Shown here in pieces: positions 36,377 through 46,937 of a stretch of 64,000 bases of DNA. The notes under the pieces were generated by a model. It had not been told where the DNA came from. It saw nothing but the letters and a program-made list of their open reading frames with translations, and searched no databases. Within the stretch, counting starts at the first letter, position 1. Every line of letters begins with the position of its first letter. Source of the stretch: Patescibacteria group bacterium (GTDB lineage: Bacteria > Patescibacteriota > Patescibacteriia > JACRDY01); assembly GCA_041653535.1 (NCBI GenBank), contig JBAZFH010000002.1:257235-321234 (forward strand), in the 5' to 3' direction. A program made the position numbers and the translations under genes.

Positions 36377-37666
36377 ATGGATTTAATTTCTGAGTTAAAA
36401 GGTAAGGTTGGCGAGCAAGTCACCTTAGGCGGTTGGGTTTATAATTTTCGTTCTTCCGGTGCTATTTATTTTTTGCAACTGCGCGATGGTAGTGGTTTTA
36501 TTCAGTGTATAGTGGAAAAAGCCAAAGTTGCCGAAAAAATTTGGCAGGATTGTGAAAAAATAACCCTAGAGTCATCAGTTCAAGTTTTTGGGCAGGTTAG
36601 TGAACACCCCAAAAAACCAGGAGTTTATGAGCTGCAGGTAACTGATTTAAAAATCGTGCAGATTGCCGCCGAATATCCGATAGGTAAAAAAGAGCATGGT
36701 CCTGATTTTTTACTCGACAATCGTCATTTGTGGCTACGTTCGGGCAAGCAGTGGGCGATTCAGCGCGTTCGTAATACCATCATCAACGCTACTTACGAAT
36801 ATTTTGCCAAAAATAATTTTATCAAAATTGACTCCCCAATACTTACCCCTAATGCCTGCGAGGGAACAACCGAGCTTTTTGAGTTAAATTACTTCGATTG
36901 GACTAAGGCATATCTGACACAATCGGGTCAATTGTATCTGGAGGCGGCGATAGCTGCTCACGGTCGAGTGTTTGATTTTGGTCCGGTGTTTCGCGCTGAA
37001 AAAAGCAAAACCCGCCGCCATTTAATAGAGTTTTGGATGATGGACGCCGAAATGGCGTTTTGCGACCACGAAGGTAATCTCAAAATTCAAGAAGAATTGG
37101 TAACTTACATAGTTAAAAAAGTTTTGGCTGATTGCAAGGTTGAATTAGAAATGCTTGAACGTGACATTGCGCCGTTAGAAAAAGTAGAGGCGCCGTTTTA
37201 TCGCTTGGCGCATGCCGATGCTATTAAAAAATTACGTGAACTTGGTTCCGACATTAAAGATGACGATGATTTGGGCGCTGACGATGAAACTATTCTGACT
37301 AAACTCTATGATAAACCTCTTTTTGTGGAGAGGTATCCAGCAGCGGTCAAGGCTTTTTATATGAAACCCGATCCTGGCGATCCGATTCGAGTTCTTAACG
37401 CCGACCTGCTTGCGCCAGAAGGTTACGGCGAGGTGATAGGTGGATCACAAAGAGAGGACGATTATGATAAATTGTTAGTTAAAATAAAAGAACAAGGGTT
37501 TAATATTGAAGACTGGCAATGGTATTTGGATAGTCGTAAATATGGCAGCGTACCGCACAGCGGTTTTGGTTATGGTCTGGAACGGCTGGTCGCTTGGGTT
37601 TGCGGACTGGAACACGTACGCGAAACCATTCCTTTTCCTAGACTGATAAACAGGATTAAACCTTAA
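36377..37666 (+). CDS. asnS: asparaginyl-tRNA synthetase
   Basis: Class IIb aaRS with an N-terminal OB anticodon-binding domain. Motif 2 [27 protein letters not shown] is AsnRS-type. Confidence 0.8.
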   Translation: MDLISELKGKVGEQVTLGGWVYNFRSSGAIYFLQLRDGSGFIQCIVEKAKVAEKIWQDCEKITLESSVQVFGQVSEHPKKPGVYELQVTDLKIVQIAAEYPIGKKEHGPDFLLDNRHLWLRSGKQWAIQRVRNTIINATYEYFAKNNFIKIDSPILTPNACEGTTELFELNYFDWTKAYLTQSGQLYLEAAIAAHGRVFDFGPVFRAEKSKTRRHLIEFWMMDAEMAFCDHEGNLKIQEELVTYIVKKVLADCKVELEMLERDIAPLEKVEAPFYRLAHADAIKKLRELGSDIKDDDDLGADDETILTKLYDKPLFVERYPAAVKAFYMKPDPGDPIRVLNADLLAPEGYGEVIGGSQREDDYDKLLVKIKEQGFNIEDWQWYLDSRKYGSVPHSGFGYGLERLVAWVCGLEHVRETIPFPRLINRIKP

Positions 37667-37667
37667 T

Positions 37668-38930
37668 ATGTATTCTTATATTAGGAAGCTTCTCAAAAAA
37701 ATTGGTCCTGGCTTTATTACTGGCGCTGCGGATGATGACCCGTCTGGTATTGGTACCTATTTTACTGCCGGAGCCAAATTTGGTTTTGGTCATATCTGGA
37801 CTCCATTTTTTACCTTTCCTTTAATGACCGCAGTGCAGGAGATATGCGCTCGTATTGGTATGGTAACGGGCAGGGGATTAGCTGGAGTGATTAGAGAAAA
37901 TTATTCCAAAAAATTACTTTATTTTTGTGTTGTTTTATTGGTGGCGGCAAATACTATTAATATTGGTGCTGACATCGGGGCGATGGCCAATGCTGTCGGT
38001 TTACTACTTCCCAACCAACCTTTTGGTTTTATTGCCGGAGCATTGACTTTACTGATTATTTGTCTAGAAGTATTTATCTCGTACAAAACTTATTCTAGAA
38101 TATTGAAAATTTTTGCCTTCTCATTGTTAGCTTATTGGTTAACCGCCTTTTTTGTGAAAATAGACTGGTCAGTGGTTTTTACAAACGTCATTAAGCCGCA
38201 ATGGCGTTGGGATCTGGACTACGTAATGATTTTGGTCGGTGTGCTTGGTACTACAATTTCTCCTTATTTATTTTTTTGGCAGGCCTCGGAAGAAGTCGAG
38301 GAAGAAATTATTGAAGGAAAAGTTACTTTGGAGCAACGTTTGGGCGCGACCAAGATAGAAATAAAAGAAATGCGAGAAGATGTTGTTCTTGGTATGCTTT
38401 TTTCCAATATTTCAATGTTTTTTATTATCGCTGTGGCTGCTTCGACATTGTTTGCCAATGGTATTTTTGAAATCGGTACAGCCGAGCAGGCGGCTTTGGC
38501 TTTGCGACCACTGGCGGGAGATTGGGCTTATCTACTGTTTACGTTTGGTATTATTGGCACGGGTTTGCTGGCAATTCCGGTGCTTGCCGGAGCGGCGTCT
38601 TATGCCGTTACTGAGGCGTTAAAACTACAGGGAAGCTTGGCTCTGAAATGGAACAGAGCAAAAGGTTTTTATGGAGTTATCCTAACTTCAACAATTGTTG
38701 GACTACTGATTAATTTTATCGGAATTAATCCAATGAAAGCTTTGCTTTATGCCGCTGTTATCAACGGTATTGTTTCCGTTCCTCTGCTTTTTGTGATTAT
38801 GAAAATAAGTAACGATAGTGAAGTGATGGGAGAATATAAAAACGGGATGATTGCAAACTTTCTTGGTTGGGCGGCAACCATTGCCATGACCGTCGCAGCG
38901 GTATTTTTATTAATTAGTTTTTTGTTTTAA
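37668..38930 (+). CDS. mntH: NRAMP-family divalent metal (Mn2+/Fe2+) transporter
   Basis: DPSGIGTYFTAGAKFGFGHIWTPFFTFPLMTAVQEICARIGMVTG matches the Nramp consensus region. Confidence 0.8.
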   Translation: MYSYIRKLLKKIGPGFITGAADDDPSGIGTYFTAGAKFGFGHIWTPFFTFPLMTAVQEICARIGMVTGRGLAGVIRENYSKKLLYFCVVLLVAANTINIGADIGAMANAVGLLLPNQPFGFIAGALTLLIICLEVFISYKTYSRILKIFAFSLLAYWLTAFFVKIDWSVVFTNVIKPQWRWDLDYVMILVGVLGTTISPYLFFWQASEEVEEEIIEGKVTLEQRLGATKIEIKEMREDVVLGMLFSNISMFFIIAVAASTLFANGIFEIGTAEQAALALRPLAGDWAYLLFTFGIIGTGLLAIPVLAGAASYAVTEALKLQGSLALKWNRAKGFYGVILTSTIVGLLINFIGINPMKALLYAAVINGIVSVPLLFVIMKISNDSEVMGEYKNGMIANFLGWAATIAMTVAAVFLLISFLF

Positions 38931-38931
38931 T

Positions 38932-39585
38932 ATGGAAAGGCTTTCTTGGATATATTTTTTGCGTCACGGAGAAAGCGAAGCTAACAGTAACGACAATTTT
39001 TTTGGTCATCCCAAAAAAATAAAACTTACCGATAAAGGACATGAACAAGCCAGGGAAATATTTCAACTTCTTAAAAAAGAAAAATTCGATTTGATTATTA
39101 CATCTCCCTTTCTTCGTGCTTGGCAAACTGCCAAACCTTTTATAGACTTTCATGGTAAAAAAATACCGGTTAAGGTTTGGTCGGTTGGCGAGTTTACTTA
39201 TCATGCTTTGGAAAAATATCTTAAAATAAAAAATTCACGGCGTTGGAAGCTTGCTCATAAATATTGGGAACGCAGCGATCCGGATTATCGCGACGGTTCC
39301 GGTGCGGAAACTTACCGTGAGTTTATGGGTCGGATCGATAGAACTAGGAAAAAATTAGAAAAAAGTAATTTTGATAAAATATTGATTGTTACTCATGGTT
39401 ATTTTATCAAACATTTTATTTGGCGATTATTGCATCAGACTAAAAAAATTGATCACAAAACAATGACTGACGCAATGCGTTTTTCTATCAGTACTGATGC
39501 GCAAAACACAGCTTTGGTGCGGGTTGCCAAAATCGACGGTAAGCTGTATGTTGGTGAAATAGACGCGCGACATGTTCGTGATTAA
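38932..39585 (+). CDS. histidine phosphatase (phosphoglycerate-mutase-like) family protein
   Basis: RHGESEAN catalytic motif near the N-terminus. Confidence 0.7.
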   Translation: MERLSWIYFLRHGESEANSNDNFFGHPKKIKLTDKGHEQAREIFQLLKKEKFDLIITSPFLRAWQTAKPFIDFHGKKIPVKVWSVGEFTYHALEKYLKIKNSRRWKLAHKYWERSDPDYRDGSGAETYREFMGRIDRTRKKLEKSNFDKILIVTHGYFIKHFIWRLLHQTKKIDHKTMTDAMRFSISTDAQNTALVRVAKIDGKLYVGEIDARHVRD

Positions 39586-39608
39586 ATTAATAATATTTAT
39601 CGATAAGT

Positions 39609-41006
39609 ATGAAGACATTTATAAAAGAAACCCTAGGTTTAATAGGTCAAGAAGTGGAATTAAAAGGCTGGATCCATGTTCGTCGTGATATGGGTAAAAT
39701 TTCATTTATTGATTTGCGTGATAGTACTGGTATTATTCAAGTGGTTTTAGTTCCCGGAGAAATGGATGAAAGCAAAGAATTGATCAAAGATTTAAAACCA
39801 GAATACGTGGTGGCGATCAAAGGTGTTGTCCAGGAGCGCAATGCTAAAAGTATTAACGAAAACTTAGTCACGGGCAAAATTGAAGTTTTAGCCAAAAATT
39901 TAGTTATTATTAATGAAGCGGCTCTTACTCCTTTTGAGATTAACACCGAAGAACGCCAGGCTAATGAAGAGTTGCGTTTGAAATATCGCTATTTAGATTT
40001 ACGCCACGAACGTTTGGCAAAAAATCTTACTTTACGTCACAACGTGATCGCTTTTTTGCGCCAGTCGTTATCTAACGCCGGATTTCGTGAAATAGAAACC
40101 CCGTGTCTGACCAAATCAACTCCTGAAGGAGCTCGCGATTTTGTTGTGCCGTCTCGTAATTATCCGGGTAAATTTTACGCGCTGCCTCAGTCGCCACAGC
40201 AGTACAAGCAGATGTTGATGGTGGCTGGTATTGAGCGCTATTTTCAGATTGCTCGTTGTTTCCGCGACGAAGATCAGCGCGGTGATCGCCAGGCAGAATT
40301 TACTCAATTTGATATAGAGATGAGCTTTGTTGAACAAGAAGATCTTTTGCAACTGACTGAAAAAATGCTGGTCGAACTGGTTAAGACCGTTACTCCAGAA
40401 AAAAAAATTCAGCAGGTTCCTTTTCCGCGTATTACTTTTACTGAAGCTATGAGTAAATATGGCAGTGACAAACCTGACATCCGTAACGATAAAAACGATC
40501 CTAATCTTTTAGCCTTTTGTTGGGTAGTGGACTTTCCAATGTTTGAATACAAAGAAGGAGATAAACGCTGGGGCGCGACACATCATCCTTTTACCGCCAT
40601 TCAAGATCAATACGTAGAATTTTTGGGCGACACCAAAAAAAAGATGAGTGAGATATTAGCTAAGCAATACGACATTACTCTTAACGGCAACGAAATCGGT
40701 GGCGGTAGTATTCGTACTCATAATCCAAAAATTTTAGCTAAAGTTTTTGAAGTGCTTGGGCATGCTCCAGAGGAAATTCAAGCCAAATTTGGACACCTTC
40801 TGGAAGCTTTCAAATATGGCGTACCGCCACATGGTGGTATTGCCTGGGGGCTGGATCGTTTGATTATGCTTTTAGCTGGTGAAGAAAGTATTCGGGAAGT
40901 AATTCCTTTTCCCAAAACCGCTGATAATCGTGATCCACTCATGGATTCACCAAGCGTTATTGATGCCGAGCAAATGACAGATCTCCATTTGGCGATAAAA
41001 AAATAA
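39609..41006 (+). CDS. aspS: aspartyl-tRNA synthetase, short form lacking the GAD insertion domain
   Basis: QIARCFRDEDQRGDRQAEFTQFDIEMSF (AspRS motif 2) and GGIAWGLDRL (motif 3). 465 aa, versus about 590 aa for typical bacterial AspRS. Confidence 0.8.
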   Translation: MKTFIKETLGLIGQEVELKGWIHVRRDMGKISFIDLRDSTGIIQVVLVPGEMDESKELIKDLKPEYVVAIKGVVQERNAKSINENLVTGKIEVLAKNLVIINEAALTPFEINTEERQANEELRLKYRYLDLRHERLAKNLTLRHNVIAFLRQSLSNAGFREIETPCLTKSTPEGARDFVVPSRNYPGKFYALPQSPQQYKQMLMVAGIERYFQIARCFRDEDQRGDRQAEFTQFDIEMSFVEQEDLLQLTEKMLVELVKTVTPEKKIQQVPFPRITFTEAMSKYGSDKPDIRNDKNDPNLLAFCWVVDFPMFEYKEGDKRWGATHHPFTAIQDQYVEFLGDTKKKMSEILAKQYDITLNGNEIGGGSIRTHNPKILAKVFEVLGHAPEEIQAKFGHLLEAFKYGVPPHGGIAWGLDRLIMLLAGEESIREVIPFPKTADNRDPLMDSPSVIDAEQMTDLHLAIKK

Positions 41007-41015
41007 ACAACTCAT

Positions 41016-41447
41016 ATGAAATCTCCCGGAGGTTTTGAATTTAGAAAATCTTTTGATACCTATCGTCGCGTTTCTGGTGCTCCGGATAGCGGTGGTGTCA
41101 TGGGTATTGAAGATGAAGTGGATATTAGCGATGAGGCTAGAGCAGCTAGTTCCGGGTTTGTGCCTGATAATCGGCATTCCGGATTAAAAGGCGATTTTAC
41201 GGAAACGAAATTTGAGCGGATAGAGCAAAATGATGCTAAATATCCTTCAAATCAAAAAATGTATCATGATCTTGCCAAGATTTTTCATCCAGATGTTACC
41301 GGCGATATTGATGATCGGGCTATTAAAAAACTTAACGAAATAAAAGTGGCGGCCGATAATGGCGACCCCAAAGCGTTGAGAGAAATGTATCAGCGATTAA
41401 TTTTTAAAATTAATCCTGATAAACAAAACGATAAAACAGCTGCTTAA
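41016..41447 (+). CDS. hypothetical protein
   Basis: 143-aa ORF. Confidence 0.4.
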   Translation: MKSPGGFEFRKSFDTYRRVSGAPDSGGVMGIEDEVDISDEARAASSGFVPDNRHSGLKGDFTETKFERIEQNDAKYPSNQKMYHDLAKIFHPDVTGDIDDRAIKKLNEIKVAADNGDPKALREMYQRLIFKINPDKQNDKTAA

Positions 41448-41537
41448 GATTGTGGATATATTCCTCGCGAACCGCGGGGTATTTTATTTGTTAAAAACGT
41501 CAAAAAGAGCTATAATTTAGTTGTAATTTTAGTTGAT

Positions 41538-41831
41538 ATGCAGCTTTCTGCCTTGCAAAAATATATCTTGCAGCAGTGTTGTTATGAAAAAAACAAGCTG
41601 AATCGCAGCAAGCTTTTGAGTTTTTACGGTCGGGGGTCAAAATCTCCCAAAAAAAATGATCAAATCAATATTATCACCAAAAGTATTGAACGTCTGATTG
41701 GTCGGGGATTGCTGGTGGGATTTGGCGTGCGAACAACGGAAAAGTGGTTTATCAAAGAGACCAAAGTCACGCCCAAGGGCAGGAAACTTGGTAGAAAGTT
41801 GCTTGGTCAGCAAATGAAGTTGTTTAACTAA
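41538..41831 (+). CDS. hypothetical small basic protein
   Basis: 97-aa ORF. Confidence 0.35.
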   Translation: MQLSALQKYILQQCCYEKNKLNRSKLLSFYGRGSKSPKKNDQINIITKSIERLIGRGLLVGFGVRTTEKWFIKETKVTPKGRKLGRKLLGQQMKLFN

Positions 41832-41844
41832 TAATATTAAATTT

Positions 41845-42438
41845 ATGATTGGCGCTAAAGTTTTAAACTATTTAGAAGGTAAAAAGGTTAAGTTTGAGGT
41901 GATTGATCATCGCAAAGTTTTTACTGCTTATGATTTGGCGCAGACGCTTAAACACGACTTGAAAAAAATCGCTAAGACTTTACTGGTTAAAGCTGACAGC
42001 GCTTATGTTTTGGTAGTGATACCGGCATACTATCGATTGGATTTAAAAAAATTAAAAAAATCTTTAAACGCCAAAAAAATAGAAATTCCAAACGAAAAAG
42101 TTATTATCAAAGTTCTAAAAATAAAATTAGGAGGCATTACTCCATTTGGCGCTTTGCATAAAGTGGAAACTTGGGTAGATAAAAGTTTGCTTGCCGCTCA
42201 GGATGTTATTATGAATGCCGGCAGCTTTACTCAAAGCTTACGGATGAAGGCAAGGGATTATATCAAGCTAGAAGAAGCTAGGCTCGGAAATTTTGTTGAA
42301 TCGGCGGGGTACAAACCGATAAAGATTAAAAGTAAAAAAAGTAAATCCGCAAGCAAAGTAAAGGTAAGGGGTAAAAAGAAAAAAGCGGTAAAAAGTGTAA
42401 ATAAAAAAAAGAAGGTTATTAAGAAGAAGAAAAGATAA
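41845..42438 (+). CDS. YbaK/ProX-like aminoacyl-tRNA deacylase domain protein with a Lys-rich C-terminal tail
   Basis: Length and pattern (KTLLVKADSAYVLVVIP...GGITPFG) resemble the YbaK/ProX fold. Confidence 0.45.
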   Translation: MIGAKVLNYLEGKKVKFEVIDHRKVFTAYDLAQTLKHDLKKIAKTLLVKADSAYVLVVIPAYYRLDLKKLKKSLNAKKIEIPNEKVIIKVLKIKLGGITPFGALHKVETWVDKSLLAAQDVIMNAGSFTQSLRMKARDYIKLEEARLGNFVESAGYKPIKIKSKKSKSASKVKVRGKKKKAVKSVNKKKKVIKKKKR

Positions 42439-42458
42439 TTAAAAAGATTTTTTAGTTT

Positions 42459-43151
42459 GTGAAATACGAAATAATAAGCGAACAGTTTTCTGGACCGCTG
42501 GATCTTTTGCTTGGTTTGATCGAGGGTCGAGAATTAGATATTACCAAAATTTCGTTAGCCCAGGTGGCTGACGATTATTTGCGTTATGTTAGGCAAAATC
42601 AAGGTATTAACCCGGAAGAGATGGCTGATTTTTTGGTTGTAGCAGCTAAATTAATTTTGATTAAATCAAAAGTTTTGTTGCCTAATATGGAAATCGAAGA
42701 AGAGGGAGATTTGGAGGTTCAGTTGAAACTCTATAAAGAGTTTTTAGAGGCATCAAAATTAATTGAGGCGATGATTAAAAAGAAAAAGTTTAGTTTATCA
42801 CGCGAAAAACTACCGGTTGGTATCGAGCCGGAGTTTAACCCGCCAAAAAACTTAAATTCTTCCAAAATGGCTCAGATATTTCGTATCGTGATAGATCGTC
42901 TTGAGCCTTTGATAAAATTACCCGAACGCACGGTACGAAGAGTGGTAAATATTGAAGAAAAAATTCGCCACATCCGCGACTATTTAGTTTCTAAAATACA
43001 GACGACTTTTCGTGAATTAGTAGGAAGGGGGGATAAGGCGGAGGCAATTGTCAGCTTTCTAGCGTTACTCGAGTTGGTTAAACAGAGAACGGTGGAACTT
43101 AATCAAGACGAGATGTTTGGTGATATTAGTATAAAGAAAGTCAGTAGTTAG
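42459..43151 (+). CDS. scpA: segregation and condensation protein A
   Basis: ScpA-like N-terminus (FSGPLDLLLGLIEGRELDITKISLAQVADDYL). Followed by scpB. Confidence 0.75.
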   Translation: MKYEIISEQFSGPLDLLLGLIEGRELDITKISLAQVADDYLRYVRQNQGINPEEMADFLVVAAKLILIKSKVLLPNMEIEEEGDLEVQLKLYKEFLEASKLIEAMIKKKKFSLSREKLPVGIEPEFNPPKNLNSSKMAQIFRIVIDRLEPLIKLPERTVRRVVNIEEKIRHIRDYLVSKIQTTFRELVGRGDKAEAIVSFLALLELVKQRTVELNQDEMFGDISIKKVSS

Positions 43152-43196
43152 TTATCAGAAAAGAATCTAACTGTTAACCACTAACCACTAAAAAAT

Positions 43197-43766
43197 ATGT
43201 CCAGTCTAAAATCAAAAATTGAGAGCTTGCTTTTTATCTCACCAAAACCATTGGAAATAAAAAAAATTTCCGAATTAACCAAAAAAGAAATTTCCGAGGT
43301 AGAGGAGGCGGTTAAAGAGTTAACCGACGATTATATTGATCGTGGTTTGGAGATAAAGCGGCTGGGGAATAAGCTGCAAATGATGACCAGCGGTGAAAAT
43401 TATAAACTCGCTCAAGATTTTGTCAAAGAAGAAATTACCGGAGAACTCACTCGACCATCGCTGGAAACCCTGACAGTTATAGCCTATCGCGGACCGATAA
43501 CAAAAACCGAACTAGAAATGATCCGCGGAGTAAATTGTAGTATGATTCTTCGTAATTTAATGATTCGTGGTTTAGTGGAGGAAAATGAGGATAAACAAAG
43601 GGGTTTTTTGTATAACATTACTTTTGAGTTTATGAAATATTTAGGAATAACCGAAGCAAAAGATTTGCCGGAATTTGATAAACTGAATAATGACGATAAT
43701 TTAAAAAAACTTTTAAGCGGAATAAATAAAGAAGAAAAAGAAGATGAACGAATTGAGGTGGTTTAA
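43197..43766 (+). CDS. scpB: segregation and condensation protein B
   Basis: IESLLFISPKPL and winged-helix repeats, typical of ScpB. Confidence 0.75.
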   Translation: MSSLKSKIESLLFISPKPLEIKKISELTKKEISEVEEAVKELTDDYIDRGLEIKRLGNKLQMMTSGENYKLAQDFVKEEITGELTRPSLETLTVIAYRGPITKTELEMIRGVNCSMILRNLMIRGLVEENEDKQRGFLYNITFEFMKYLGITEAKDLPEFDKLNNDDNLKKLLSGINKEEKEDERIEVV

Positions 43767-43772
43767 TATTTT

Positions 43773-44729
43773 ATGTTTCAATTAATTTTATCGCTTGTTG
43801 CATCTATTGTTTTGACTAGCAGCGGGTTGCCTGTCGTAGCGCGTGATTTTTCTGTTGAGCCTATTTTACTTGTTCAATCTGGTGGTGACGAGATCGGCTC
43901 TGCCGGCCATTTGCCTTTAGCCGCAAATAAGGAAATTAACCCGGATAAAGTGAACGAAAATAGTTTAGGAATAGAAACATCTGCTCGGAGTGGAGTAGCG
44001 GTTGATGGTAAGACAGGCAAGGTTTTGTGGGAAAAGAATTCTTCACAAATAAGATCAATTGCGAGCTTAACTAAACTCATGACGGCCTTGGTGTTTCTTG
44101 ATCACAATCCTGGTTGGGATAGTAAAATAAAGATTACTACCGAAGATCAGCATGAGGGGGGGGTGGCTTTTTTTGCTATCGGTGAAGAAGTGACTGTTAG
44201 AGATCTTTTCTATTCAGCTCTTAGTCGTTCGATTAATTCCGCTGCTGCGGCTTTGGCGCGTTCTACCGGTTTGAACGAAAAAGATTTTGTTTTTGCAATG
44301 AATCAAAAAGCTGATGAATTAGGAATGGTCAACTCTCATTTTATTGAGCCGACCGGTTTGCATACAGGTAATGTTGCAACAGCCATAGATGTGGTAATTT
44401 TACTTCGAGAGGCTTTGAGTAAAACGGCAATCGCTAACGCCACTACCCTGACTGCCTACACCACGGAGATTTTGAATAAAGATTTGGAGAGAACCGCAGA
44501 CAATACTAATTTGCTACTGAAAAGTTTTTTAAATAAACCGCCGTATAAAATACTGGGTGGTAAAACCGGCTATTTGGTAGAAGCTGGATATTGTTTGGCG
44601 ATCGGCGTAGAAAAATCCGATCATCAGATTTACTCCGTAGTGTTAGGAAGCGACAGTATTGGTAGTCGTTTTACTGATACTAAAGCTATAGTTGATTGGG
44701 TTTTTAGCAACTATTCTTGGCAAAAATAA
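43773..44729 (+). CDS. D-alanyl-D-alanine carboxypeptidase (serine-type, PBP5/6 family)
   Basis: SxxK (ASLTK), SxN (SRSIN) and KTG (GGKTGY) motifs, plus a signal peptide. Confidence 0.75.
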   Translation: MFQLILSLVASIVLTSSGLPVVARDFSVEPILLVQSGGDEIGSAGHLPLAANKEINPDKVNENSLGIETSARSGVAVDGKTGKVLWEKNSSQIRSIASLTKLMTALVFLDHNPGWDSKIKITTEDQHEGGVAFFAIGEEVTVRDLFYSALSRSINSAAAALARSTGLNEKDFVFAMNQKADELGMVNSHFIEPTGLHTGNVATAIDVVILLREALSKTAIANATTLTAYTTEILNKDLERTADNTNLLLKSFLNKPPYKILGGKTGYLVEAGYCLAIGVEKSDHQIYSVVLGSDSIGSRFTDTKAIVDWVFSNYSWQK

Positions 44730-44927
44730 TCATATCATACGTAATAAGGGTGGATGCCCCCTTTTTTATATTTGGAAAAATTGTTTGAGGCATTAAGGCT
44801 TGGTTAGAGATAATACTGATAATCCCGAGGTTGTTTTTTTATCAAGTATTTTGTACCGACTCAGGCAAAGTGCTATAATATCTTTAATAAAAAAGTTGAC
44901 TATTTAGTCGACGGTAATAATAAAAAT

Positions 44928-45551
44928 ATGGACAAAAAAACAAAGACAATTGTGATCATTGTTTTGGTGGCAATCGTCGCCGGTGGTTTGTATTATGGCG
45001 TTAATCGCTGGCGTCAACAGCGACTCGTCAATCAAATTTTAAAGGAAGCGTATGGAGTTAATACTGGCTTGCTGAGTGGTCTAACCGGTAGCGGGAGTAT
45101 TCAGGATCAGATTGCACGGGAAATGGCTCAGGACGAGGCGAAACAAAAGGCTGATGAAGAACGCGAAGCGGCTAAAACTCCCGAAGACAGATTCAATGAA
45201 ACGGAATCTGTTTCGCTGACAGGAAATATGTCGTCATTGGTTAAAAGTGTTATTGAGCCACCACTCAATGCTGTTTTTGGAAAGATAAAACCCACGCTTT
45301 TTAGCGGTAATTATTTAGGACAGGAAGGTTCCTTTTTGGTGGCTTTTAAAATACCAAAGATTCCTACTAGCGATGACATGAATAAGTTGGTTGAAGAGTT
45401 TACCGGTAATGGTTATACCGTGGCTATGAATTCTATTGCTGCTGATTCTGCAAACATACTCTTTGAAAAAGGCAAGATCATTATTAGTGTTTCTTATGAA
45501 AATCCGGAAGAGCAGGAAATAGGGGTTTTATATATGGAACAAGCCGAATAA
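44928..45551 (+). CDS. hypothetical membrane-anchored protein
   Basis: N-terminal TM helix. Confidence 0.4.
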   Translation: MDKKTKTIVIIVLVAIVAGGLYYGVNRWRQQRLVNQILKEAYGVNTGLLSGLTGSGSIQDQIAREMAQDEAKQKADEEREAAKTPEDRFNETESVSLTGNMSSLVKSVIEPPLNAVFGKIKPTLFSGNYLGQEGSFLVAFKIPKIPTSDDMNKLVEEFTGNGYTVAMNSIAADSANILFEKGKIIISVSYENPEEQEIGVLYMEQAE

Positions 45552-45652
45552 TTTTTGCCTGTGCAGGCTTAGTTCATTTTTGTCATTGCGACTCCATTAA
45601 ATTATTATTTTAATTGTTATAAACAAAAAATGCCGTCTTAAACGGTATTTTT

Positions 45653-45730
45653 TGGTAGCTGGGGAGGGAGTTGAACCCTCGACCTCGGGCTTATGAGTCC
45701 CACGCTCTAACCAACTGAGCTACCCAGCCA
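45653..45730 (-). tRNA. tRNA-Met (anticodon CAT; elongator or Ile-lysidine type)
   Basis: Reverse complement: GGCTGGGTAGCTCAGTTGGTTAGAGCGTGGGACTCATAAGCCCGAGGTCGAGGGTTCAACTCCCTCCCCAGCTACCA. Cloverleaf with anticodon loop CTCATAA and an encoded CCA. A terminator hairpin (GCCGTcttaaACGG + T-run) lies downstream on the minus strand. Confidence 0.8.
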
Positions 45731-45836
45731 TGGTAAAAATAATAGCTTTATTCTAGCCTTTTAAATTATAAAAGTCAATATAAATCTTTGACAGTAAGTA
45801 AAAAATGCTTTATTATACAGCTACTTTTGGAGCTAT

Positions 45837-45923
45837 GCCGAAGTGGCGGAACTGGCAGACGCGCACGACTCAAAATCGTGTCCCGTTCGCGGGGTGAGGG
45901 TTCGACCCCCTCCTTCGGCACCA
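45837..45923 (+). tRNA. tRNA-Leu (anticodon CAA)
   Basis: GCCGAAGTGGCGGAACTGGCAGACGCGCACGACTCAAAATCGTG...GGTTCGACCCCCTCCTTCGGCACCA. Long variable arm, anticodon loop CTCAAAA, CCA encoded. Confidence 0.8.
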
Positions 45924-45976
45924 TTTGTTGATTATTTCTTTGTTTTGGCTTATAATAAGCCCATTATTTATTACGT

Positions 45977-46053
45977 CGCGGGGTAGAGCAGTCTGGCAGC
46001 TCGTCTGGCTCATAACCAGAAGGTCGTTGGTTCAAATCCAACCCCCGCAACCA
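45977..46053 (+). tRNA. tRNA-fMet (initiator-type, anticodon CAT, C1xA72 mismatch)
   Basis: CGCGGGGTAGAGCAGTCTGGCAGCTCGTCTGGCTCATAACCAGAAGGTCGTTGGTTCAAATCCAACCCCCGCAACCA. 5' C1 opposite A72 is the bacterial initiator hallmark. CCA encoded. Confidence 0.7.
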
Positions 46054-46132
46054 AAAGAGTCTGAGTAATTCTCAGATTTTTTTGTTTATGCAAAAAGTTG
46101 GTTCTGCCCCTGCGGGGCATCTCCCGAAGGGA

Positions 46133-46153
46133 AAAAATCCAACCCCCGCAACC
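46133..46153 (+). repeat. direct repeat of the tRNA-fMet 3' end (aaatccaacccccgcaacca), 100 bp downstream of the tRNA
   Basis: 20 nt identical to 46034-46053. Intervening 80 bp contain hairpin GCCCCtgcGGGGC. Confidence 0.65.
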
Positions 46154-46284
46154 ACAAAGCCCTGAATCAAAGGATTTCGGGGTTTTATGTTTATAAAAGT
46201 TACGACACCAGTATTACAACCAAGTTGTTGTTTTATTGTTATTTTGTTAAAATTAACTAAGATAAACAATAATCAAAACAATTT

Positions 46285-46872
46285 ATGCAACAAACTATAC
46301 AAAATCTTGCGGCTGCTTTCATTGGAGAGAGTATGGCGCGAAACCGTTATACCATGTATTCCAAAATAGCCAAAAAAGAAGGCTACGAACAGATCGCGGA
46401 AATATTTTTGCTAACTGCTGATCAGGAAAGAGAGCATGCCAGCTGGCTTTTTAAATTAATTAAAGAGTTAAAAGTGAAAAACGGTGATGAGCAACAAGAG
46501 GTTAAGGTGCAGGAAGTACCAGTACCGACAACTTATGGTACGACGATAGAAAATATTAAATCAGCGATCGCCGGAGAAAACTACGAACACACTTCTATGT
46601 ATCCTGGTTTTGCCAAGATAGCGGAGCAAGAGGGTTTTTTGGAAATTGCAAAAAGATTGCTATCTATAGCTAAAGCCGAAGAACATCACGAAGAAAGATA
46701 TCAGAAGTTGCTACAAGTTTTGGTCGACGGCAAAGTGTTTAAAAAAGACAAAGAAGTTTGGTGGGTGTGTCGTGAGTGCGGTTATGTGCATTTTGGCACG
46801 CAACCGCCGGAAGAATGCCCTTCCTGCGGTCATCCGCAGGCTTTTTATCAGATAAAATGCGAAGAATATTAA
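46285..46872 (+). CDS. rbr: rubrerythrin
   Basis: Ferritin-like diiron EX29-37EX2H motifs ([15 protein letters not shown]). C-terminal rubredoxin-like CRECG...CPSCG. Confidence 0.85.
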   Translation: MQQTIQNLAAAFIGESMARNRYTMYSKIAKKEGYEQIAEIFLLTADQEREHASWLFKLIKELKVKNGDEQQEVKVQEVPVPTTYGTTIENIKSAIAGENYEHTSMYPGFAKIAEQEGFLEIAKRLLSIAKAEEHHEERYQKLLQVLVDGKVFKKDKEVWWVCRECGYVHFGTQPPEECPSCGHPQAFYQIKCEEY

Positions 46873-46937
46873 AGCGCTATAAAATTATTAAAAAAACCGT
46901 CCTAACCCAGGGCGGTTTTTGAGAGTAGTGCGGAAGA

